Shown here one piece after another: positions 8,471-18,030 of a stretch of 64,000 nt of DNA. The DNA lies in the IMG/VR virus record IMGVR_UViG_3300007634_000002, positions 11,519-75,518 of that record; one strand, given 5' to 3'. Within the stretch, counting starts at the first letter, position 1. Each line of letters begins with the position of its first letter. This DNA is from a virus. A program made the translations under genes and the position numbers. The notes below the pieces were generated by a model. That model had not been told where the DNA came from and did no database searches. It was given only the letters and a program-made list of their open reading frames with translations.

Positions 8471-8911
8471 ATGGCAACGTTCAATAAGGTATACGGTTTT
8501 GTTGAGCATCTTGCCGAAAAGATGCATAACCTCGGTGCAGATCAACTTGTCGTCGCTTTGAGTAACACGGCGCCATCCGCAGAAAGTACGCGTCCTGATC
8601 TTTTGACGGCTAACTGCATTTTGGCTAACGTCAGTCAGATCTCTTACACCAACTGTTCCTCACGTAACTTGACCACAACTACGAGTTCGCAGTCATCAGG
8701 AACGTATGCTCTGGTTTTGGCGGACTTGGTTTTGACTGCAACCGGAACTGTAGGGCCTTTCCGTTACGTTTACATTTACAACAGTTCTGCGACACTAGCC
8801 ACCAACCCTCTGATTGGGTACTACGATTACGGTAGTTCCATTACGTTGGCATCGGGCGAAACATTTACAATTGACTTTGATAACGTGAGTGGTGTTTTGA
8901 CGTTGGCGTAA
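8471..8911 (+). CDS. Phage fibre/structural protein (MATFNK..EK.HNLG.D type)
   Basis: AAGGAG RBS; paralogous to the C-terminal domain of 8985..10043. Confidence 0.65.
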   Translation: MATFNKVYGFVEHLAEKMHNLGADQLVVALSNTAPSAESTRPDLLTANCILANVSQISYTNCSSRNLTTTTSSQSSGTYALVLADLVLTATGTVGPFRYVYIYNSSATLATNPLIGYYDYGSSITLASGETFTIDFDNVSGVLTLA

Positions 8912-8935
8912 CAGTATAAATGTCGCAAATTTAGT

Positions 8936-8969
8936 AAGTTCTGAACGTGCAATGCGTTCAGAACTTTTT
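8936..8969 (+). terminator. Rho-independent terminator-like hairpin
   Basis: AAGTTCTGAACG-TGCAATG-CGTTCAGAACTT, 12-bp perfect stem ending in T5. Confidence 0.7.
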
Positions 8970-8984
8970 ACTTAGGAATTTGCA

Positions 8985-10043
8985 ATGGCGCAAACGCATC
9001 ATTACTTGTTTGACACCTCAGGCACGTACAACGATGCTACGGGCACGACAAATTTTACGAATGTCTACGGCTCAATCGGTAGTAGTGGGAAAGTAAACCA
9101 GTGCTACCAAACCGCATTTTACAACCTGATGGACGGGGTAAACGCATACACGTCCACCAACCTCCTTCCCACGTCAGGCGCATTCACGATTGCGTATTGG
9201 TGGAAGGCGTCTATTGATGGTCCGGCGATACGGATTTTTTCAATGACCGGGTTTTACATCGGCTACTCGACACCGACAGGGCTCTTTATCGAGTCGCTAG
9301 CGTTTTCGCCATATTTCTACATGTCTGTCAGCGGTGCGCAGAGCGCCAGCGTATGGACGCACACGGTGATTCGCTGGGATGGCACCAACTGGTCCATTTA
9401 CATCAACGGCTCGTCTGCCACCATTAGCGGATCAACAACTACTGGGCCGGGTGCGGGGGGCTACGACTCCTCGTCTCCGTTTCAAATCTTTAACCAGTCG
9501 TATAGCAACACCCTCATCGACGATCTCCGTATTTACGACACGGCAATTGATGCGACTGAAATAGCACGCATCTACAACTCAGGTACGGGCACTCAATCTG
9601 ACAGTGGCGGTGGCGGAGGTAGCCCTTCCCCAGTCACGTCAGCTTTCTACAAATTCCAACCATTTGTAGAAGCGGCAATGGAAAAAGTTCACAATTTGGG
9701 ATCGGATCAGTTAAAGGTAGCTCTTACCAATACGGCACCTTCTGCGGCTAATGCTGTGTTGACGGACATCAGCGAAATCTCCTACACCAACTGTTCGACA
9801 CGCAACATTACGACGTCTACAAGCGCGCAAACTTCGGGAACATACAAATTAGTGTGCGCTGACTTGGTTCTTACCGCTAGTGGAACAGTTGGGCCTTTTA
9901 GATACGTCGTGTTGTATAATGACACGGCGGCCAGTAAAAATTTAATTGCTTATTACGATTATGCCAGCAGCGTTACTTTGGCAAACGGTGACACGTTTAC
10001 AATTGATTTTGACGGCTCTGGTGGTGTTTTGACTGTAACTTAG
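8985..10043 (+). CDS. LamG/concanavalin-A-like lectin domain fused to a duplicate of the upstream structural domain
   Basis: FTIAYWWK, WTHTVIRWDG..WSIYING and IDDLRIYDTA are LamG hallmarks; after a Gly linker EKVHNLGSDQLKVALTNTAP repeats 8471..8911. Confidence 0.75.
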   Translation: MAQTHHYLFDTSGTYNDATGTTNFTNVYGSIGSSGKVNQCYQTAFYNLMDGVNAYTSTNLLPTSGAFTIAYWWKASIDGPAIRIFSMTGFYIGYSTPTGLFIESLAFSPYFYMSVSGAQSASVWTHTVIRWDGTNWSIYINGSSATISGSTTTGPGAGGYDSSSPFQIFNQSYSNTLIDDLRIYDTAIDATEIARIYNSGTGTQSDSGGGGGSPSPVTSAFYKFQPFVEAAMEKVHNLGSDQLKVALTNTAPSAANAVLTDISEISYTNCSTRNITTSTSAQTSGTYKLVCADLVLTASGTVGPFRYVVLYNDTAASKNLIAYYDYASSVTLANGDTFTIDFDGSGGVLTVT

Positions 10044-10051
10044 GAGGCGTT

Positions 10052-10495
10052 ATGCCGGACATCGACATGGGTAGCGGTAATGTATTTCCATCAAACAACG
10101 GAGGCATTACGCAAACCGAACATGACCGTAATGTGGCGCAAGCAATTGAAATGCGCGAAAACGAAGTGTATCAGTATCAGGTAAACATTAATAACTTTGA
10201 AGCGATGATTGCCACGTTTGCTGACTTGCCACTTACATGGCCTAATGAATTAACAAAATACAAAGGCATGGGGCGCGATCAACTTGCTGCGTCAATTGTT
10301 GATGACGACGAGCTTGATACAGTTTCGCGGTTGGCTTTCCGTGACGAGCTGAAAATGCGTATTCGTTCGGAAAAAATGGAACAGCGCAAAGCTAAAATGA
10401 TTTTGGCTACGTTTGAAGCACAAGTGACAGATATGGCCAAAATGCGCGAATTGATTGCTGAAATTAAAGCGGCTCGGGTACAGGCAGCCGTCTAA
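10052..10495 (+). CDS. Hypothetical helical protein, possible fibre chaperone
   Basis: GGAGG RBS; charged helical composition; lies between two fibre genes. Confidence 0.6.
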   Translation: MPDIDMGSGNVFPSNNGGITQTEHDRNVAQAIEMRENEVYQYQVNINNFEAMIATFADLPLTWPNELTKYKGMGRDQLAASIVDDDELDTVSRLAFRDELKMRIRSEKMEQRKAKMILATFEAQVTDMAKMRELIAEIKAARVQAAV

Positions 10496-10508
10496 TTAGG
10501 GGTGCGCT

Positions 10509-13500
10509 ATGGCACATCTTGCATTAGCGCATTCAGGTAGTCCGTATATAGGTGTTTGCGGTTGGCATCCATCCACCGGAACAGGCACGTTTTTTTCTAA
10601 CCCTGCGTCACTTCCAGCTAGCGCAGGGAACGGCATTGCGTGGTTTGGCGGTACAAAGCCTACGGCCATTGCTGTTGCGCACAGTACTAGCCCGCGTCTT
10701 AGTGCGTATCCGTGGTCTGTAAACGGTTTTGGTACAAGATACACCGACCCTGCTGTATTACCCGCTGCTACGGGTAACGACGTTACTTTTTCGACAACTG
10801 ATATTTTTGTAGCTACCGGCAGTTCGGCGTATTTGTACGCATATCCTTTTACGGCGGCATCCGGGTTTGGTACTAGATATGCAAATCCTTTAACAATACC
10901 TAACGCCACGGGTAATGATGTTGCTCTTACGCCCGATAACGCAACGGTTGGTGTTGCAACAGGCAGCACATCATTTTTTAGTGTGTATCCGTTTACTACT
11001 GGAACTGGTTTCGGTACAAGATACGCCAACCCTGCAACGCTGCCCGCAGGCGCAGGTAATGGCATTGCTTTTACAGCTACTGCCGTAGCTGTTGCACAAA
11101 CGACAAGTCCGTTTGTTTCAGTTTATCCGTTTAATACTGTATCGGGAATTGGTACACGGTATGCCAATCCTAGTCCGGTATTGCCCGGTGCAAGCGTACA
11201 CGTTGACTTTTCGCCGGCAGGCGACGCGATTGCCCTTGCTTCGGCGACAACGCCGTATGTAACTGCTTATGCGTGGACAGCTGGTTCAGGGTTTGGAACA
11301 AAGTATTCTAACCCCACAACATTGTTGCTTACTGGCGCATTCTCCGCGCGGTTTACGGCGGATACTTTAACGGTAAGTTCAAGCTCAGGCGGTCCAAACG
11401 TTCTTGTGTATCCGTGGTCATCGGTTTCAGGATTTGGTACGCCACCGTCATCGGCTACCGCTTCAAATTTTGGCACAGGCGGTACAATTAATGATGCGGT
11501 TCTGGCCACAGGTTACTATTACATGCCCGCAACCGTTGCGGCATTTACACTGCCGCCGGCGCAGACTTCGTTTGTACCGCCAATTGCTTACAGTATGCCG
11601 TGCACAACGGCGGCATTTACTCAGACCGGAATTGCAGCTTCGTTGTTGTATGCAAAATCTCCCGCCGTAGTCGCTACGGCGCAAGGGTTAACACCGTACG
11701 TAGAAGTTTTTGACTGGGCTGACACAAATACCTTAGCAACAAAATATACCAATCCAAGCACGTTACCTACCGGCGCTGGTAGTGGCGTTGCTATGAAATC
11801 CGATGTCATAGCTGTAGCCCATAGTAATACGCCATTCGTATCTGCGTACGCGTGGACGTATCGTACGGGTTTTGGTGCGCGGTTTACAAACCCAGTCACG
11901 GTTCCGGCAACAACTGGGCGCGGCGTTAGTTTCACACCAGACGGTTCCGCTATAGCGGTTTCGTCAAGCACAACACCGTTTATAGCTGCTTATCCTTGGT
12001 CTGTAAGTGGCTTTGGCACAAAATACACTAATCCTGTAACGTTGCCTACCGGAATATCGGCACAAGTTGTTTTTAGTCCGACCGGCGCTGCGATTGCCGT
12101 GGCGCATAATACTTCGCCTTTTGTGTCGGCATATCCGTGGTCAGTTAGTGGTTTTGGCACAAAATACGCTAATCCGTTAACATTGCCGCCATCTAACTCA
12201 GGGGGAGCAGCATTTAATCCTGATGGAACTACTCTTGTAGTTGCATGTGGTTCTTCCGGAACAAGAGCTTATCCATTTTCAGCTGCCAGCGGTTTTGGTA
12301 CGGCATACACAGATCCGGTGTCTTCCCCATCGGCAAATGCGCCTTTCTTTTTAAGCACAGGTGATCGGTTATTTTATGCGGGAACGGCATCGCCATACGT
12401 ATCTGGATACATATGGAATAACAGTTCCGGTTTTGGCATTAAATACAGTAATCCTAGTTCTTTACCTGCCGGAGCAGGTCAATCGCTGGCCGCACTTAAT
12501 ACGTTTAACGATTTAAGTTTGCTTGTTGGGCACAGCACTACACCATTCATTTCTATTTATTCGTTATTAGACGCGGGTCGCAGTTCGTTTGGTACTAAAA
12601 CCGCTACATACTTGACACTGCCCACCTCCGCTGTTAGTAGCATTGCTACTGTGCAGTCCAAGGCGTACCGGCTTGTTGCAGACAGCAGCAGTTTTACGCA
12701 AACAGGCACAAATACGGCGTTTAATTATACAGGCGCGTATCAAATCGCTTCGTGTCCAGCAGCTTCACCGTTTTTAAATGCGTACCAGTGGACGTCCGGC
12801 GGGTTTGGTGCAAAATATGCCAATCCGGCTACGTTGCTAGCCGCAAAAGCGTGCGACGTAACTTTTTCTGCGACTGATATTTTCTTTTTGAATGACAGTT
12901 CACCGTGTATTCACGCATACAGTTGGACAGCGGCTTCCGGATCTGGCACAAAATACACTAATCCAGTAACTGGGCCTTTTGGCGTAAATACGGGAACTAC
13001 TACCGGCGGTATTGCGGTAACCCGGCAAAACGATGCTGTCATTGTCGGCGGAAACGTTAGTACGGCGCCGTCTATAGGCGCTTACCCGTGGACAACAGGT
13101 ACAGGATTCGGTACACGCTTTACAACTCCTGCGTCGGCACCTACATTTTACGTAAATAATGTTAAATTTGCAGAAGACGGTCAAGCCGTTTTCTTAGCGG
13201 AATATAGTACGCCGTATCTTTCCGCATATGCGTGGTCATCTGTTTCTGGCTTTGGCACGCGCTATACAAATTATCCGACACTGCCGTCAGGGTCACCGCG
13301 TGGTTATGGTCTGGCCATACGTCCTAATATTGTCGCATTTGGTTGTCTGGTCACGCCGTATATATTTGCGTATACGTGGTCGAACACTACAGGATTTGGT
13401 ACAAAATTTTCTAATCCGACAACATTACCCGCAAACATGCCGCGCCGTCTTGCGTTTTCACTTACAGGTGATGCGCTTATTGGAGCGGTGGATAGCGCAC

Positions 13501-16415
13501 CTCGACAGGTAGCGTATCCATGGTCTGACAGCACAGGTTTTGGTACAAAATATGCCGATCCGGTAGATGAAATTTCAGGAACAGCCACATCGGTTGCTGC
13601 TGGACCAGACGTAGTAGTTTTTGGTTCAGGCACGCAATCACCTTACACGTTAGCCTATCCGTTTACGACTGCGTCCGGTTATGGAAGCCGTTATGCAGCA
13701 CCACCCGATTTTCAAGCATCGGCCGTTAATGCTGTTGCGTTTAGAGTATCAAAATACTTCATGTCCGCCACGCCCGAAGCGTCGTTTGCATTGACAGGAA
13801 ATGCTGCCACTTTAACTCAAGCAGTTGCCGGCATAAATTACACCCTCACCACTACAGCCGGCGCTTATTCTGAAACCGGTCAAACCACCACACTAACTCA
13901 AACACTTGCCACGCTAAACAACTACACACTGACAGCCGCAGCAAGCTCATTTGCTTTAACAGGAATAGCCGCAACACCTAAAGCGGCACGTAAACTCACG
14001 GCTACGCTTCAAACCTATGCCTTAACAGGAACAGCAACTGGTTTAACATCAGCACGTAAACTCACGGCTACTCTTCAAACCTATGCACTCACAGGAACAA
14101 CAACTGGTTTAATCCCGGCACGTAAACTCACGGCTACTCTTCAAACCTATGCATTAACAGGCATAGCGGCTACACCTAAAGCAACACGTACGCTTGCGGC
14201 TACGCTTCAAACTTATGCCTTAACAGGAACAGCAACTGGTTTAGCCTTTGGCCATAAACTTGCAGCCGTTGTTCAATCTTATTCAATTACAGGAACAACG
14301 ACTGGACTAACTGCTGCACGTAAACTTACAGCTACTCTTCAGACCTATGCCTTAACAGGAACAGAAATTGGTTTAACATCAGCACGTAAACTTACTGCTA
14401 CTTTTCAAACTTATGTCATTTCAACCACCGCTGCTGCAATTACCAGTGCACGCAAAATTTCGGCTACGACTCAAACGTATGCACTGACACTTAATCCCGC
14501 AACCCTAACGCCAGCGCACACACTCACCGCTTCTATAAGTACTTATGCAATTACCACAAACGATACAAATTTTTCTTTAACTCGAAAAATTACGGTAGAA
14601 CCGCAAACTTACTACCACATTGGATCTAACCTTACGGCTTTCTTTGTCGGGCGCGCAATCAGTGGCACCACTCAAACTTGCACATACACAACCATAGCCG
14701 CAAACACGCTTGTTACTCGAAAACTTACAGCAACAACAAATACCGGAACATTAACAGGAAACGACAGCAATCTTTTACGCGGTTACACGTTAACTGCAAC
14801 GGTATCTGCGTTCACAGTCGGGCATCACGATGTTGGGTTTTTAATAACGCGCGCATCTGCATATACGCTTTCAATTACCACAGATGATCTTACGTTTACA
14901 GGTATTTCTGCAAATCTTCGGCGTACGGCGCAGTTACCCACAACAACTGTTACGTTTGCACTAACGGGTATTGATGTTTTTCTTAGATCTGATCACAACA
15001 TAACGCCAACGGTTCAGTCTTTTGCGTTGAATGGTATTTCTGCCGGTTTGCGTTTAAATGCACGGCTTACAGCAGAATACCGCGGTTTTGAGGCGCTTGG
15101 AAACAACACAAGTTTAACTGCGGCACGAAAACTTACTGGTGCGGTTCGGACTTACACACTGAGCGGAACGACAACTAATTTTGTCGGCGCGCACAAATTT
15201 ACCGGTGCGACACAAACTTACACACTAACGGGCGCATCTGCGGGTTTAACTGTAACTCGTAAACTTACTGCGGCGATTAGAACGTACGCACTGACAGGAA
15301 TAGCCGCAGGTTCAAGTACTACGCGTAAACTTACAGCCGCAGTTCAAACTTACACGCTGACAGGAACAATTACCGGGCTTGCTTTTGGGTATAAAGTCAC
15401 GGCTGCGGTTCAAACGTACACACTTACAGGCACATCTGCGGGTTCACGTACTGCACGTAAATTACTTGCTGTTTTACGAACATATGCGTTTACAAGTAAT
15501 GCTGCCAACTTAAGTCACAGCCATTTACTTTCACCTGTAACTCAAGCTTTCACATACACAACACAAGACGCCAATCTACTTTACGGCAGAGCATTTATTG
15601 CTGAAACGGGCGTGTTCTTTAAAACTGAATACGACGCTCAAGGATACGTCGGTAGAAGACTTTATGGCGCCACGGGGACCTTAAACTTAACCGGTGTCTC
15701 TGTACTATTTACGCACGATCATCCATTACGTGTACAAACCGCAACGTTTAATGAAAATCGTATTGGTGCGTTTCTTCTTGTTGATCGTTTAGTTTCGGCG
15801 GCACCTGCTACCTTTGCGCTGACAGGTTTTGCTTGTGAAATAACCATTAGTGCTGCGGCTGAAGGTCCAAGCAACGAAATCACGGTTGAGCCTCTTGATG
15901 GTTCTGCTTATGGATCTGTTGGTGTAACACTACCTACTATTACGATCTATGCGGCACAAGGCACAGCAACGGGTACGGCAAACGTCAGCGTACCTTTGTT
16001 TAATGTTGACGTTGTACCTTTAGATGGGCTTGGGTTTGGTAACGGTTATTTATCTGCCGCCAGTGCCGCCGCTTACACAGAATTATTGATCAAACTTGCG
16101 GCGACAACCAACACTGTTTTAGACGTTAACATTGCAGACACTAACGTTACGCGGGTACATGCGTCTACAGTCAGAATAGACGTTGTGCCTCCTACAATTG
16201 TTACATCGGCAACTCGGCCTGTTGTTTCAACTAAAAGTCAGACATCCACAAGTATTGCTGTAAAGAATAAAACTCAAGCTGTCTCGTCTGTAAGAAGTGT
16301 TGTTTCCAAAACATCTCTAGTCCAAACAACACAGGCGACACGGGTGGCATCCACGTCATCTACTACGCGCGTGGTTTCTACGATACCGTCACAATCAACA
16401 GTTACTGGTGTGTAA
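10509..16415 (+). CDS. Giant fibre protein with about three beta-propellers and a Thr/Ala-rich repeat stalk
   Basis: Around 20 copies of a ~44-aa blade (AYPW..SGFGTKYANP.TLP.G.G..V.FSP.G..IAVA) followed by 22-aa ARKLTATLQTYALTG repeats. Confidence 0.75.
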   Translation: MAHLALAHSGSPYIGVCGWHPSTGTGTFFSNPASLPASAGNGIAWFGGTKPTAIAVAHSTSPRLSAYPWSVNGFGTRYTDPAVLPAATGNDVTFSTTDIFVATGSSAYLYAYPFTAASGFGTRYANPLTIPNATGNDVALTPDNATVGVATGSTSFFSVYPFTTGTGFGTRYANPATLPAGAGNGIAFTATAVAVAQTTSPFVSVYPFNTVSGIGTRYANPSPVLPGASVHVDFSPAGDAIALASATTPYVTAYAWTAGSGFGTKYSNPTTLLLTGAFSARFTADTLTVSSSSGGPNVLVYPWSSVSGFGTPPSSATASNFGTGGTINDAVLATGYYYMPATVAAFTLPPAQTSFVPPIAYSMPCTTAAFTQTGIAASLLYAKSPAVVATAQGLTPYVEVFDWADTNTLATKYTNPSTLPTGAGSGVAMKSDVIAVAHSNTPFVSAYAWTYRTGFGARFTNPVTVPATTGRGVSFTPDGSAIAVSSSTTPFIAAYPWSVSGFGTKYTNPVTLPTGISAQVVFSPTGAAIAVAHNTSPFVSAYPWSVSGFGTKYANPLTLPPSNSGGAAFNPDGTTLVVACGSSGTRAYPFSAASGFGTAYTDPVSSPSANAPFFLSTGDRLFYAGTASPYVSGYIWNNSSGFGIKYSNPSSLPAGAGQSLAALNTFNDLSLLVGHSTTPFISIYSLLDAGRSSFGTKTATYLTLPTSAVSSIATVQSKAYRLVADSSSFTQTGTNTAFNYTGAYQIASCPAASPFLNAYQWTSGGFGAKYANPATLLAAKACDVTFSATDIFFLNDSSPCIHAYSWTAASGSGTKYTNPVTGPFGVNTGTTTGGIAVTRQNDAVIVGGNVSTAPSIGAYPWTTGTGFGTRFTTPASAPTFYVNNVKFAEDGQAVFLAEYSTPYLSAYAWSSVSGFGTRYTNYPTLPSGSPRGYGLAIRPNIVAFGCLVTPYIFAYTWSNTTGFGTKFSNPTTLPANMPRRLAFSLTGDALIGAVDSAPRQVAYPWSDSTGFGTKYADPVDEISGTATSVAAGPDVVVFGSGTQSPYTLAYPFTTASGYGSRYAAPPDFQASAVNAVAFRVSKYFMSATPEASFALTGNAATLTQAVAGINYTLTTTAGAYSETGQTTTLTQTLATLNNYTLTAAASSFALTGIAATPKAARKLTATLQTYALTGTATGLTSARKLTATLQTYALTGTTTGLIPARKLTATLQTYALTGIAATPKATRTLAATLQTYALTGTATGLAFGHKLAAVVQSYSITGTTTGLTAARKLTATLQTYALTGTEIGLTSARKLTATFQTYVISTTAAAITSARKISATTQTYALTLNPATLTPAHTLTASISTYAITTNDTNFSLTRKITVEPQTYYHIGSNLTAFFVGRAISGTTQTCTYTTIAANTLVTRKLTATTNTGTLTGNDSNLLRGYTLTATVSAFTVGHHDVGFLITRASAYTLSITTDDLTFTGISANLRRTAQLPTTTVTFALTGIDVFLRSDHNITPTVQSFALNGISAGLRLNARLTAEYRGFEALGNNTSLTAARKLTGAVRTYTLSGTTTNFVGAHKFTGATQTYTLTGASAGLTVTRKLTAAIRTYALTGIAAGSSTTRKLTAAVQTYTLTGTITGLAFGYKVTAAVQTYTLTGTSAGSRTARKLLAVLRTYAFTSNAANLSHSHLLSPVTQAFTYTTQDANLLYGRAFIAETGVFFKTEYDAQGYVGRRLYGATGTLNLTGVSVLFTHDHPLRVQTATFNENRIGAFLLVDRLVSAAPATFALTGFACEITISAAAEGPSNEITVEPLDGSAYGSVGVTLPTITIYAAQGTATGTANVSVPLFNVDVVPLDGLGFGNGYLSAASAAAYTELLIKLAATTNTVLDVNIADTNVTRVHASTVRIDVVPPTIVTSATRPVVSTKSQTSTSIAVKNKTQAVSSVRSVVSKTSLVQTTQATRVASTSSTTRVVSTIPSQSTVTGV
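13986..14447 (+). repeat. 66-nt (22-aa) tandem repeat, about 7 copies, with a second more degenerate cluster at ~15123-15500
   Basis: Unit GCACGTAAACTCACGGCTAC.CTTCAAACCTATGC...ACAGGAAC...ACTGGTTTA recurs at 66-nt period from 13986. Confidence 0.85.
14536..14545. promoter_or_regulatory. TAAGTACTTA palindrome (copy 2, inside a CDS)
   Basis: Exact copy within the fibre gene (codons I-S-T-Y); may be incidental. Confidence 0.2.
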
Positions 16416-16472
16416 TTCCCGTTTAGCGATTATCATGACAAAAGGCAGCAGCCGACAACAAACAGGTGCGTC

Positions 16473-16757
16473 ATGAATTACACGATTGGTGATTTAATTC
16501 GGTTACTTGTGACGTTTCAAAATACTGCGGGCGCATTTATTGATCCTACGGGTTTAACACTGAGGATTAAATTGCCTGACAGTACTGTAATTGAATGGAC
16601 GTATCCCGGGGATATTACTCAAACAGCTACGGGTAAATTTCACTACGATTTTCTTTCCACGGCAGCGGGTACACACAAATATCGCTGGGAAGGAACTGGA
16701 ACGGCGCAAGGTGCCGTAGAGGGTTCGTTCAAAGTCGCAGAGTCGGCTTTTGTGTAA
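16473..16757 (+). CDS. Single Ig-like domain virion protein
   Basis: Y..GD..RL.V.F....DP....L.IK.PD...G...YDF....GT..Y.W.G pattern, duplicated at the N-terminus of the next gene. Confidence 0.65.
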   Translation: MNYTIGDLIRLLVTFQNTAGAFIDPTGLTLRIKLPDSTVIEWTYPGDITQTATGKFHYDFLSTAAGTHKYRWEGTGTAQGAVEGSFKVAESAFV

Positions 16758-16764
16758 GTACTTA
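16755..16764. promoter_or_regulatory. TAAGTACTTA palindrome (copy 3)
   Basis: Exact copy overlapping a stop codon, upstream of the neck genes. Confidence 0.4.
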
Positions 16765-16811
16765 AAGAATTCAACCGTGGTAGGATTAGGTAACTACAAA
16801 GGGAGCGTCCT

Positions 16812-18005
16812 ATGAATTACATGGTTGGAAATACAGTCAGGCTGCTTGTGGTTTTCAGGGATGCTCTTGGCATTGCTGTAGACCCCACCACAGTGATCTT
16901 GGCGATTAAGCAGCCTGATACATCTTTTGAGAACGCCAATTATCCCGGCACCATTACGCGTAAGGCTTTTGGTGAATACCAGTACGATTTCGTGACAACT
17001 CAACCCGGCACGCACTATTATCAGTGGAAGGGTAATGCTGCTACTCAGATTATTTCCGAAGGCACGTTTGACGTCAGCGAACTTAGCACCATCATCACGG
17101 CAGGTATTCCTGAACTTGATGACTGCAAGATAGCCACCAGATCCAAGGCATTCATCGTGCCCCAAGGTATGACAGCAACACTCGAACACATATTCAGGGA
17201 CCGTAAAGGCAACCCTATGAATTTAAGTTCAATTTTTCCTGAGATTGTTGTAATTGCTGATTCGGCAAGTCTTAGTGCTAGTCCTACAGGCTACGGCAAA
17301 CTCAGAGCCAAAGAAGCTATGGCAAGTGGTCCGTCTGATACCGTTAATCCAAACTGGGAATTGACTGTAACTTCGCCTGATCCCGTTAATGGTGTTTTGC
17401 AGGCCGTTCTTCCTGCTGCTCTTGTTGAGAACTCGGGCTTGTATCGTATTTCGTGGGGTGTTTTTTCTAGTAAAGACAAACTTCTTGGCGTCGATGATTC
17501 TTTCGTATTGGTAGAAAGGTCTTTGTTTCCGTCAGATAACGAAACCCTTTTTGCGGATTTTGGCCCTCCCACCATCAAAGAAATTAGACAACAGATCATG
17601 GATTCGTCTGCCAGTGAAAACATCCTTCTAGATGACGTAGAGTTTTCCGACGATCAAATTCTGCACGCCATGACTAAGCCTGTAGAAGACTGGAATTTAA
17701 TGTCTCCCCCTATCAGTTCTGCCTATCACACGACACGCAGTTTTCCTTACCGTGAACCTTGGCTCAGAGCTATTGCAGGGCATTTACACGTAATGTCTGC
17801 CAACCATTATCGCCGAAATCGATTAGCGCATCAGGCGGGTGGTGTTGCTATTGACGATAAAAACAAAGAACGCGAATACATGGCAGAAGGTCAACGTTTA
17901 TTGCAAGAATATGCTGTATGGTGTCAGACCAAGAAAATTGAAATTAACACTAAACTAATTTATGGAATTCAGGAATCTTCGTACACCATTCGATACGGTT
18001 GGTAA
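16812..18005 (+). CDS. Neck/head-tail adaptor protein with N-terminal Ig-like domain(s)
   Basis: Helical C-terminal domain (DVEFSDDQIL...RNRLAHQAGGVAIDDKNK) resembles head-completion adaptors; position before the tail genes. Confidence 0.55.
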   Translation: MNYMVGNTVRLLVVFRDALGIAVDPTTVILAIKQPDTSFENANYPGTITRKAFGEYQYDFVTTQPGTHYYQWKGNAATQIISEGTFDVSELSTIITAGIPELDDCKIATRSKAFIVPQGMTATLEHIFRDRKGNPMNLSSIFPEIVVIADSASLSASPTGYGKLRAKEAMASGPSDTVNPNWELTVTSPDPVNGVLQAVLPAALVENSGLYRISWGVFSSKDKLLGVDDSFVLVERSLFPSDNETLFADFGPPTIKEIRQQIMDSSASENILLDDVEFSDDQILHAMTKPVEDWNLMSPPISSAYHTTRSFPYREPWLRAIAGHLHVMSANHYRRNRLAHQAGGVAIDDKNKEREYMAEGQRLLQEYAVWCQTKKIEINTKLIYGIQESSYTIRYGW

Positions 18006-18030
18006 AAACACTTATTGAATGGAGGTCACC

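Noticed and set aside
8916-8923. T4-like late promoter TATAAATG
   Set aside because: Single 7/8 match directly upstream of a terminator hairpin; not seen repeated at other junctions
8471-10043. Possible diversity-generating retroelement TR/VR pair (duplicated segment)
   Set aside because: Differences are spread over all bases and are largely synonymous, not adenine-specific; no reverse transcriptase in the window
13986-14447. CRISPR-like regular repeats (also 50550-52290 and 53585-53698)
   Set aside because: Units are contiguous, in-frame coding repeats without unique spacers; no cas genes
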